A DNA stretch of 62,207 bases, counting the filler, from Globobulimina sp. (taxonomy: Eukaryota): the NCBI GenBank assembly GCA_003354225.1. It is 29 parts of 29 records of this genome, joined end to end, with 100 filler letters (N's around TTAATTAATTAA, not from the genome) between each part and the next. Parts side by side here need not be neighbours in the genome. Positions count along the whole stretch, not along the records: positions 51,573 to 53,619 come from PIVH01009448.1; positions 53,720 to 55,766 come from PIVH01009449.1; positions 55,867 to 57,913 come from PIVH01009450.1; positions 58,014 to 60,060 come from PIVH01009451.1; positions 60,161 to 62,207 come from PIVH01009452.1; 24 more parts are not named here. One strand, written 5' to 3'. The notes beneath the pieces were generated by a model, which did no database searches, was not told the origin of the DNA, and saw only the letters and a list, made by a program, of their open reading frames with translations. The translations under genes and the position numbers were made by a program. Shown here piece by piece: positions 51,930-62,207 of the stretch (positions within the stretch are counted from its first letter, which is position 1; every line of letters starts with the position of its first letter).

Positions 51930-53619
51930 TTGATGATGAGATAAAAAAAGGAACAGTATTAATAGAGAAAACATTTGCTGATATCATCCAAGTAATTCAT
52001 GAAAGAAAACAAATGTTGACCAAGGAATTAAATAAAATAGGAAATGGTAAAAAAAATGAATTGGGAAAAGAGAAACAAGTTTTAATTGAATATTTTCAAA
52101 ATGCACAAAAAGTACGTACTGCAATTATTTATTATTATACCTTTTGTTTATTTGATAATTAATTATATATATTATCCACAAAGCGATCATCTGAATGTCA
52201 TGTATTGCTGCGGAAATCGCTAAAACTCAATGAAGTCGACAACAGAAAAAAGAAAATATTAAATATGCAAAAACAAATTGATAGCATCCAAGTGATTGAA
52301 CAAAATAATTCGATGATACTTAATTATAAAATATATATTAATATGAATACAAATAAATTAATTCAAACATTAAATGAATTTGGATCTGTTTTATCATCAG
52401 CACCTATTCCAACCATTGTATCATTGACAGACAGTATGGTTTCTTCAGTTCGAATTCAATGGAAATTAAACCCAAAACCACCAAACGTTGACGATACAAA
52501 ACTCAAAATTGAATGGACTGAATTTGAATCAAAAAATGAAGAAAAAGAGAGCGATGACATGTTCAATTGGAGATATAATAAAACAGTGGATGTTCCAAAT
52601 ACAGGTAATGGCGATGCAGTAAATGTGGATGTAGATAAAGCTAATATTAATTATATTTTTAAAGTATTGTATTTTGACTCAAACATATGGTCAAAATCAT
52701 CAAATATTAAATCAATATTTGCCAGCTCACCATATATATTTACCAATTGTAGTTCATATGGAATGTCCGGACCAACATTAAAAGATTGTATTATTGCTTA
52801 TAACCAAGTATGGGCAAATAATAAATCATATTTTAATGTCATTACTGATAAAGGGATCCAGCAATGGACAGTTCCTGGAGCTGGTGTTTATGAAATTGAT
52901 GTATACGGTGCTTCGGGAGGAAAGAATCGTAATGGCTAGAATGGTGATAATGGCGGTAATGGAGCTAACATGAAGGGGGAATTTAATTTATCAGCACAGA
53001 CTGTGTTGAATTTAATTATTGGTCAAATGGGTTCTAAATCAGAAAAGGGAAATGCAACGAACGGTGGAGGGGGTGGCGGCGGAGGTTCATTTGTTTAGAT
53101 AGCAAACACAAAGCAATTATTGATTGCAGCAGGTGGTGGAGGAGGAAGTTGCTTGACTAATGAAGGTGGTGATAATTACATTGGATGTCATGCAGTTATT
53201 TCAAACAATGGTACAGATGCAAGAGATAATGGCAATAATAAAGGTGTTGATGGTGGTAATGGGAAGGGAAAAGGAAACGGTGTTGGTGGGAGAGGATGGC
53301 ATTCAATCATTGATGGTTTAGATGCATCAGGCTGTAAAGGAAAGGATGCTTCATATAGTGGAGATGGCGGATTTGGTGGTGGTGGTGGTTCTGGATATGG
53401 AATTGCAGGTTCTCATGAAGGTGGAGGAGGTGGTGGTTATTCTGGAGGAGGCGTTGCAACAAAAGGGTATTATTATGCTGGAGGAGGTGGAGGATCATAT
53501 AATATTGGTTTGGACCAACGTAATGGCAATGGAAGGGACACAAATAGAGCTCAAATGCACGGTCAAATAAAGATAAGTTTCATCCGCTCACCCTTCAATC
53601 GGTACAATAAACATAATTA
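51930..53619 (+). CDS. Coiled-coil, FN3-like and ALK/LTK-type glycine-rich domain protein; intron about 52112-52183; in-frame TAGs at 52937 and 53096
   Basis: FTNCS..G.SGPT..C..Y..GIQQWTVP..G.YEI..YGASGG, GGNGANMKGEFNL..LNLIIGQMG, LIAAGGGGG, GGFGGGG, GGGGYSGG, GGGGGSYN, all in one frame across both TAGs. Confidence 0.8.
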
Positions 53620-53786
53620 NNNNNNNNNNNNNNNNNNNNNNNNNNNNNNNNNNNNNNNNNNNNTTAATTAATTAANNNNNNNNNNNNNNNNNNNNNNNNN
53701 NNNNNNNNNNNNNNNNNNNAACTAACAAACTAATCCCTTAATTCAGTCATCCTTTGAATCACTTGCAAACAAAAAGTAGATTTCTA

Positions 53787-54972
53787 ATGGAGCAACAACA
53801 AATTTCAGACAAAAAAATCGAGATAGTATTGCCAGGATCACGCGCAAACAAACAAATCCCACAACGAAAAGTCGATTATGGCGTAAAATTAAAAAAGCTA
53901 TTGGACGAATACGATACGTGTTTAATTGTAACAATCACCAACGTCGGCTCGCGGCAAATAGCAGAAATGAGAAAAGATTTCCGTGGCCGAGCCCGGTTTT
54001 TATTTGGTAAAAATTCCTTAATTCGCAAAATAATCCGCGACTACGTCAAAGAGACTGGAAACAGCAAATTAATGCCTTTGATGGAGGCGGTCAAAGGAAA
54101 CTGCGGCTTCGTCTTCACCAAGGAATCGTGCGCCGATTTAACCGACGAGATACTTGCTCGCAAAAAGCAGTGTGTGGCCAAAGCCGGCACCATCGCGCCC
54201 GTCGACGTATTTGTGCCGCCCGGCCCGACTGGAATGGAACCGACGCAAACGGGCATGTTCCAGGCGATGAATATTCCCACCAGAATCAACAAGGGACAAA
54301 TCGACATCGAAGAGGAAGTGCACATCGTGCATAAAGGCGAAAAAGTGGGCGCCTCTGAGGCCTCTCTATTGGTTAAATTAGGCATCAAACCGTTTCATTA
54401 TGGCATTAAAGTTTAGTGTCTATCCTTTCACTGAACGCGCAGTTAACGTTTACCGAAGTCACTGCAGTGTTTTTTGCTGAGTCAACATGGCAACTCACTA
54501 AACCCCTACACCTACACAGGTACAAAGCATCTATGAGCGCGGGACAGTGATAGATGCGGAAGTGTTGAAGATTACGCTTGAACAAATTGCAGCGTCATTT
54601 TATAATGGATTGAGGCACGTAGCGGCCTTCTGTTTTACACTGAATTATCCCACCATTGTCAATGTACCGCATTCGCTGTTGAGAGCGTATAAGGATGCAT
54701 TGGCGTTGGGTCTGGAATTGAATGAGTATTCATGGGAGGGATTGGATACAATTCAAATGATATTGGAGAATCCCGAGGCATTTGCTGCTGCCCAGGCGGC
54801 GGCTGCGGGTGCCACTGGAGGAGGAGGAGGAGGAGGTGGTGGTGCTGCGGCGGCGGTGGCGGCTCCACCCAAAGAAGATACACCAGAGCCGGAATCATCG
54901 GTTGCTCCGCTAAATCCATTTGGTGGTGATACTTCAAGTGATGAGTCGTCGTCTGAAGAGGAATCTGATTAA
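53787..54972 (+). CDS. RPLP0: 60S acidic ribosomal protein P0 (uL10); intron 54411-54519
   Basis: NVGSRQIAEMRKDFRG..FGKNSLIRK, KGNCGFVFT, AKAGTIAP, GPTGMEP.QT..FQAMNIPTRINKGQIDI, YPTIVNVPHS, Ala/Gly hinge. Confidence 0.97.
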
Positions 54973-55382
54973 ACTTTATTTGTATTTTGTGGGGTTTTTT
55001 TTTTGTGATTTGAACATAGGATCTCGTGCAATAATGAACTGCATGCGTTCGTTCTTGCATTCTGTTTCTTGTTTGGTTTACTAGTTGCAAATTCATTGTA
55101 GTTTGACATGATATTTTACGCTTTGAGGATACTTTAGAATAGGACGTGTTTAGAATATTGCCTTTAGGAAAATTGATTTCTTAGTGTTTTGAAGAAACTC
55201 ATCATGTTTTAAATTCGCGATGTATAGAATTACGCAAGTTGGCCTGAACTGATTTTTATTTTGCTTGGACAGGTCCTATTCTAAAGTAATCACAAACCAG
55301 TTTGCGATATGAATATCCAGATTTACTGGATCACTTCAAAAACTACAGTACAACTTTGAGAACTACGACTGGCGCATTGATA

Positions 55383-55766
55383 CTATGTCGCAATAAGTAC
55401 AGTTATTATGCATAATAAGTAGGTCATTGAGATAATTGCAGCATAGAAGATAGAAATGGCAACATATTTGCTAATAGAATAACTATGCATTGATGGTTCA
55501 ACTAAAATATGATAAATCATTGCTACCATCGCACTTACACATAATTCCGGTATGATGAGATATGACGCAAATCCACCAACAACTAAATGTATTTTAGGAT
55601 TTTCATTATTTGCTCTCCACAATGCTATTATTTTCATTTCATAAATTTCAGGTAAATCAGTTGCTATTTCCGTTGATATTAATAATCCAAATCCAAATAA
55701 CCACGATGTAATGATTGAAATTGTTTTATTACTTTGCTTGTTAAATGTATTCAGCCATAAACTGGA
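55383..55766 (-). CDS. Multi-TM protein C-terminal fragment
   Basis: Three hydrophobic helices in an open frame from the contig end. Confidence 0.4.
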   Translation of the reverse strand, partial: SSLWLNTFNKQSNKTISIITSWLFGFGLLISTEIATDLPEIYEMKIIALWRANNENPKIHLVVGGFASYLIIPELCVSAMVAMIYHILVEPSMHSYSISKYVAISIFYAAIISMTYLLCIITVLIAT

Positions 55767-55866
55767 NNNNNNNNNNNNNNNNNNNNNNNNNNNNNNNNNN
55801 NNNNNNNNNNTTAATTAATTAANNNNNNNNNNNNNNNNNNNNNNNNNNNNNNNNNNNNNNNNNNNN

Positions 55867-57094
55867 TATTTAACGAAACTGAGAGTATATTTCCAGAAAC
55901 GTATTTATTTAAACATAAATCCGACTGAATATTGACTAAAAGATGCGGTTGAATCACAAAGCGGATAATTTTTAAGCTGCAAACACTGCGTGGAATGTCA
56001 CAGATTTGTAAGGCGATATCAATTAAATTAATATGACATAAACCATAGACATTATATCCAAAACCAAAAGTATGCCGATGTTGATACACATGATTTGCAA
56101 AATGCTGTTTGGGGAAAAACGCCAACAATGAATTATTACTGGTTGGATTCAACTCGATCTTCGCAAATAATTTGTTAAATAATTCAAAGTCGCCGTTAAT
56201 TGTAATAAGCCCTAAATAACTGCTTAGAAAATCAAATTTCGTCAAATGGATGTTTTGCAGTAAAGGTATGGAACAATACTCAGGTTCGATATAATCGCAA
56301 CTTAATTGTTTATGGAATTGTTGTAAGTCTTTATTTAAATTATTAATATCATACAGGTCCAACCAGTACAACGCTAAAGGTTTTAAGCCGCGTAGCCAAC
56401 AAAATAACATATTATGTAAAGTGATATTATATTTCCTATGTCGCTCAAACATGAAAATGCTTAGTAACCGCTCATATAATTGGTATTCCTGCGTATTGTT
56501 TGTGATTAAATTAAAGCGTGTTTTATGTGGATATCCAGAATCATTTTGAAGCAAATCATCATTGGGATAAAAGGGATAGATTCTTAAGGATTTGATTTTA
56601 TTTTTTAATTTAAATTCAGTGTTTCTATATTCGCAAATAAAAAATAACAGCCAATGCTCGAAGTTCCCAATGGATTTACCAAACATTTCACGCATATACA
56701 ATGGGAATAGATTGCAATCCGAGCGGTTGGAGGATAAGCTGGAAGGCAAGATTTTGATTTTAAAATATTCATTCCAGGATTTACAGATTTGCCGAGAGGA
56801 TAATATCTCTTCTAATTCTAGGAAACTATGGATATGTTCCAATATGGAACGAGTTTCCATTATATACAGCGAGGATTTATGTTGATGAGCTCGAGTATGA
56901 TGGTTGGTGTTGTGATAATTACTGCTGTTGAAATTGTCCGATGTTGTCTCAATGTCAAGAGACTTGTAATAGGTGGATGTGGATGACGAGGATTTGCCCA
57001 CATTGGTGTTGCTATTGAAGGAGTAAATACTTTGCGGTTCTGAGGTTAAGTCAATGCGCCGTCGTTTGGATGAGGGTGGTTGGCAGATTGACAT
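55867..57094 (-). CDS. F-box protein, 3' truncated
   Basis: NLS PSSKRRR; ILEHIHSFLELEEILSSRQICKSWN. Confidence 0.7.
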
Positions 57095-57393
57095 TTTTTA
57101 CAATTGAGGTTGCTATTCGCGTGATTTCTTTTTTGTTGACACGGGTTTGTTGTATGGGCCGATAAGCTGTTTCTGGTGTTGATTTTTAAGGAGACATTGT
57201 TCTTGACTACGTACAAACTTTTTGTAACTGAAAAAATGTCAACACACATTATCATATCCACGTTGCTCTGTACATAATGTGTTAACAATTAGATCGATTT
57301 AACACAAACAACTGAAGAAACTTTCGTTTCTATACAACACATTCATAATACTGCGATGTTATTAATTAGACCACATTAAATAAGGGAGCAACA

Positions 57394-57913
57394 TTACAAA
57401 TTTAAATTCAAATAAATAAACAATTTTTGTATATTACAGCAATCATTGAATTTATCCAATACGATAATATTACCAGTTATCATATTGAATATTTCACATT
57501 GATTTACATTTTTATAGGTAAATAAATATCTTTTATCGTTGTTTGTTTGGTCGCTAAAATTATATAAATCATTTATCAATACACAATTAACCATAATTGA
57601 TTTTGCAAATAATATATGATTTTTGGCATTTAATAACACCACATCAAGCTCAAAAATGCCATTCTCTTTTCCTTTAAATGTTTGACTTTTCCATGGATAT
57701 ATTGGAAATCTATCTATTTTATCAGAATCAATATGTGTATCCCCTAATAATTGAAATTGCGTGAATTGGTTACATTTGTTAATCGGAATTATTTCATAAA
57801 ATTTTGTATGATAAAATATTTTCTTTAAATTTCGAAACATAATTTCACATTTCCATCCATAAAAATTATTTTTATTATTATTATCTTTTCCAATATAGCT
57901 TATCTTATCAAAT
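57394..57913 (-). CDS. Hypothetical protein C-terminal fragment
   Basis: Open frame to TAA; no family recognised. Confidence 0.35.
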
Positions 57914-58013
57914 NNNNNNNNNNNNNNNNNNNNNNNNNNNNNNNNNNNNNNNNNNNNTTAATTAATTAANNNNNNNNNNNNNNNNNNNNNNNNNNNNNNN
58001 NNNNNNNNNNNNN

Positions 58014-60060
58014 TTTTCTGAACGGATCTCATGGATACGTTCAAACTGTGATTCCCCTACAACGGAATATCACACTTGATTTAGCAATAACTGTTACCTC
58101 AAACCCTTTCTCCGAGACCAAAGAGATCGTAAAATCGCCTATCGCGTCAGGAGGCGTCCTGTACTTCACGCAAACAGTGATTCCCCTACAACGGAATATC
58201 ACACCTGATTTAGCACAATTTGCTATCTCAGAACCTTTCTCTGATAACTATGCAAAACTTTGCAAGAAAATAACATATTAACAAAACACAACAAAATTAA
58301 AACAGTACCAAACTACCATATAACACAACTAAGACTAAATAACCAAACACATAAAGCTAAGAGAGCAATAATACTAGGATGTAAAAACGAAGCTGACCTC
58401 CGCACATGTGAGGAAATAATGAGTACATATAAATGGTACAAAAGACACCTAAACACAAAATGGTTAATTGAAGTAGTTTTCCAAGATGCAAAACAATGTA
58501 TAAACTATAGAGGTAAGTGGATTAGAAACAATAGTAATAAAAAATATAAAATCTATGCATACACAACAGCAAAACAAAAAATTAAAAACATTACAGCAAC
58601 CAACTTCACAATCCAGCAAATTAAAAAAAAAATAAGTAAAACATTGCTAAAAACAGAACTAAGTACCAAATTTAAAGAACAGATAAATAAAACTATATAC
58701 GAACTCACACCAGTAGAGATACGGGACTTAGACAAAACATTACCTTTTGAAGGGAAAAAAGAAATAATAGATTGCCTACAAATATATAATATAATAGATG
58801 CAAAGAAAAGCATAAAAACAATCCAAGAAGATAACCGAACAGCAAAAAATAACACTAAATTTACAATATGGTCTAGAAATATTGGAGGAGCACTAAAAAA
58901 AAAATTAGAACCAGATAGCTCTTTTATACTAGACATCCTACTGAAAAACCCAACAATAATAGCCATACAAGAACACCAAAAAAATAAGCTAAACACAAAA
59001 ACATTTAAAAAAATCATGAAAATAGAAAATTACACGCTCCTTGCACACTCCAAAGCTGAGTACATACAAAACAAACGAGAAGGTAGAGCATCAGGAGGCC
59101 TAGCAACATGGATCAAAACATCAGTGCTACACAATTACAACACATCAGTAAATAAAAATACAGAATATATACAAAGCATAATACTGAGCCCTAAACAACA
59201 TAACACAACAACAGATAAACCTATACATATCCTAAATGGATACTGTAGGCCGACATACTCAAAAAATATAGGAAACAACCTAGCAAAAAACTACCTAATA
59301 CAAATGTTAACACTTTACCATAAATGGGCGAAACATTATACTATAATAGCAGGAGACTTTAATAGCAGAACTACATTAACAGGAGACCACGTCAACTCCA
59401 ATAGAGGAACCATGTTTCATAATGCATTAAAAAAAAATAAACTACAATCACTAAATAAAACCATGACGTATGGACAATCAACAAATAGATCACACACTAG
59501 TATATGTGAAGGTACTAGCATAGTGGACTTAGTAATAATACCAGATAAAGACTCAAACAACTGGGAAAGCCTAGAAATAACAGACCCACACAGATATAAC
59601 TACAACAAGCCCAAAAAAAGTTGCCACTTCTCACTATATGCGAAATCAAACATACCATTGCTAGAAACAACAACAAAAATTGACTATCTATACAAACTAA
59701 ACTTTAATGAAGCAGACTCTCACTGCTTACAAAAACTCCTACAAACACAAGGTAACGAAGCATTCAACCAGATAATACAAGCAACGCGACAGGAAATAAC
59801 AAGCGAGACAACAATAGAGGAAAAAAAGGAAATCATCAACCTAGCGCAGCTAGCAATTTTCGCTACATTACATATAATAGCAGCTCGTAGTTTTGGATTT
59901 AGGAAAATATTCTTAGGTAACTTAAACAAAGCCAAACCATGGGAATATGATGAAATATGCTATAACTTAACCCAAAAAATCAAAAAGACAAAAAACAACC
60001 CAGAAAATAACGAAGAAATTAGTAACATGCTAACAGAACTAACGGAAAGAATAACACAAA
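58014..60060 (+). mobile_element. Non-LTR (LINE-like) retrotransposon: APE endonuclease ORF, truncated before RT; 45-bp direct repeats at 58042 and 58171
   Basis: IWSRNIGG, IIAIQEH, GRASGGLA, LNGYCRP, IIAGDFNS, SIVDLVI, SCH; strongly A-rich sense strand. Confidence 0.85.
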
Positions 60061-60611
60061 NNNNNNNNNNNNNNNNNNNNNNNNNNNNNNNNNNNNNNNN
60101 NNNNTTAATTAATTAANNNNNNNNNNNNNNNNNNNNNNNNNNNNNNNNNNNNNNNNNNNNGTTTATGTGTTGCAATTCCAGCAAGTATTCACAAGCAACT
60201 TATGATTAATGTTGTAAGTTTCGGTGTTACCAGATCCAGCATACGCAGTTTAATAGCACGTGATGAGAAACGCCACTTAACAACATGGATGCGATTACAT
60301 TCCCTCAAATGGAATAGGAGCATAATACGTTTTAAAATATGTCGTTTGTTTCAGCAGATAGATAATACGTCGTTTGTTGATACGATTAGCTATAGTCACC
60401 TCAGAGATGTACATCAAAACGAGCCTACACAAGTTAATTAGTGTTCGAATTTTATTTGGGTATATATACTGATTATAGTTTGTTGCATCAGGGACGTAAG
60501 TATCGAAAGTATTAAACAATCAAAACATTTTATTATTAAATAATTTGATTTACGAAAAAATATCATTAAAACTAGTACTTTTGTTTAGTGATTGTTTGTT
60601 GAATTATTAAA

Positions 60612-61519
60612 TTAGATAACTCCATACTTCTCCCAAAATTGTGGTGGAATTGCTGTTCCATTTTCTTTATAAACTCCCATAACATCCAATTTTATTTGAA
60701 TGGTGAGACCTGTTGCGGTTTCTTGTTGCGGTACAAATTCAATACAAAGCGTGTCCACTCGCGATGTGTTTAAATTAATTGAAAATGTTTTTGTCGCTTC
60801 CTCGCCTTTCACCATGTAATTATCACCGTATTTATACACAGAACTTAATTTAACAGCAATGCTAAATACCTGAGGCGGTAATTGTAATAATCGTAGTCCA
60901 CATTTTTTATTTCTTACCATTAATATCCAATTTTCCTCTGATGTACGTACATTGAAATAAGTCTTTCGATGTTGTCTTGGTTGGGAACAATTTGCCATAA
61001 TTTGTTTGAACAATTTGTTATTTATATTCCAAACAAAGATAACATTTGGCTTTAAATACTTGATCGATTCATATAAATTCTCAATTTGAAATACTTCAAT
61101 TTGTGCTAGAAATGTCAATTCAATTGTTTTGCACCTTTACATTCAGACAATAACATAAAAGGGTCGCTACCACATAATACATAGTCTGACTCTGATACAA
61201 TGGAATTGGTATAAAAAGCGTCCGTTTCTGTGCATTCTAATGTTACGCGACCACTAAATTCACAATTTTCCGGGACAGAAATCGTTTTTATAAAAAATGC
61301 AATTGTTTTCCTACCTATTTTTACACGCAACGAACATTGGAAAATAATGCCATGGATTGTAAATTCCGGGGCAATCCATTCATGTATATTATACACCTTA
61401 CCCCAATAAAAATCTGACGCTGAAGACCGGATGCTCTTCTGTCTGTGTGAGATTTGATTTTCCAAATTTCTCAAAAAACAAACCAAAAACTCAAAACATT
61501 CTTCCTCAACTTTTCTCAT
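60612..61519 (-). pseudogene. Tandem MATH-like domain gene broken by a 5-bp duplication (CAATT CAATT, 61116-61125)
   Basis: Removing one copy fuses the 134-aa and 168-aa ORFs (..KQLTFLAQIEVFQI..FVWNI). Confidence 0.6.
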
Positions 61520-61631
61520 CCCCTCACTAATACCTACCTGTTAAACAGTTCTGTCTTTAAAATATCCAAATATTCCTACATTGACACATTGGCACACTAA
61601 TATCGCGAGAAACAAACAGAGCGCTAATCGA

Positions 61632-61765
61632 ATACATACAGCATTATATTTTAAACCAATTCGTTCAAACGTTTCAGTCCGATACACAGTGTGATATATT
61701 ATACAGATTTGATACATACAGCATCCCTTTTAAACTAATTCGTTCAAATGTTTCTGTCCGATACA
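61632..61765. repeat. Imperfect ~55-bp direct repeat (61632-61686, 61712-61765) upstream of the Nod/Nor-like gene
   Basis: ATACATACAGCAT..TTTAAAC(C/T)AATTCGTTCAAA(C/T)GTTTC(A/T)GTCCGATACA occurs twice. Confidence 0.85.
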
Positions 61766-61869
61766 AACTAATAAATCTGTGCCAATGTAGCAAGTAAATG
61801 CATTCCAAAACTCCCTAAATATAACCTATACATTATAATATAATTATACATATTTTAGATAAGCCAAGT

Positions 61870-62207
61870 ATGGCAACAGAAGTATCAGACAACGATGAAT
61901 GGATTTTACGTCCAGCCAAAACGAATTGGATCGCAACATTATCGAATAAAAATTACTGGGCATTTTACTTCCTCGTAATCGTAGCAATCTGTGTAGGCGG
62001 TATTGGTTATTTCGGTGAAGTGGCTCATTACGAAGTGCCACCATTGTGTGATTTCGTTGGTCCTGACGGCAGTGTGGTCATTTCAGCCAAGAGTATCAAT
62101 CACGGCGAGGAAGTGTTCCATTTACGTGGATTAATGGCTTACGGCTCCTTTTTAGGTGACGGCTCAGAGCGTGGTCCAGATTATACCGCCGAGGCATTAC
62201 ACGAATG
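61870..62207 (+). CDS. nod: Nitric-oxide dismutase-like / quinol-dependent NO reductase (Nod/qNor family), N-terminal 112 aa, truncated by the window end
   Basis: Manual translation: MATEVSDNDEWILRPAKTNWIATLSNKNYWAFYFLVIVAICVGGIGYFGEVAHYEVPPLCDFVGPDGSVVISAKSINHGEEVFHLRGLMAYGSFLGDGSERGPDYTAEALHE. Confidence 0.88.
   Translation, partial: MATEVSDNDEWILRPAKTNWIATLSNKNYWAFYFLVIVAICVGGIGYFGEVAHYEVPPLCDFVGPDGSVVISAKSINHGEEVFHLRGLMAYGSFLGDGSERGPDYTAEALHE

Noticed and set aside
54411-54416. TAG ending the 220-aa P0 ORF (similarly 45610)
   Set aside because: It lies inside a GT-AG intron, so it is not an in-frame stop.
1567-62207. A denitrification 'cluster' linking the multiheme cytochrome, SOD and Nod/Nor
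   Set aside because: They lie on unrelated size-sorted contigs; there is no physical linkage.

Overview
This window is not one locus. It is 29 unrelated ~2.05-kb contigs (size-sorted, 2050 down to 2047 bp) joined by an artificial N44-TTAATTAATTAA-N44 linker, so gene order is meaningful only within a contig. Almost all contigs are AT-rich protist nuclear DNA with short GT-AG introns (about 55-165 nt). The gene families (TRAF-RING/SPRY, Kelch-like, F-box, MATH-like, CxGxxSC surface proteins) resemble foraminifera/Rhizaria; this taxon call is an inference. Recognisable genes: MCM7, RPLP0, eIF3f, an mS45-like mitoribosomal protein, ornithine cyclodeaminase, a PLD-family enzyme, an M28 peptidase and an RCC1-repeat protein. 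There are three retroelement types: Penelope-like, DIRS-like (degenerate) and APE-LINE. Contig 1 switches from a eukaryotic gene into bacterial DNA. Most notable observations: (1) an ORF missing from the ORF track (61870-62207) encoding the N-terminus of a Nod/qNor-type nitric-oxide enzyme on a eukaryotic contig; (2) a 2xCAP-Gly-actin fusion; (3) otherwise intact genes interrupted only by in-frame TAG codons; (4) GC-rich c-GNA-g hairpin elements on three independent contigs, one forming a Y-shaped junction; (5) a Cu-only-SOD plus pseudo-SOD tandem protein; (6) a gustatory-receptor-like 7TM protein; (7) a P0 with a rearranged C-terminus. All family assignments come from motif recognition by eye; no searches were run.
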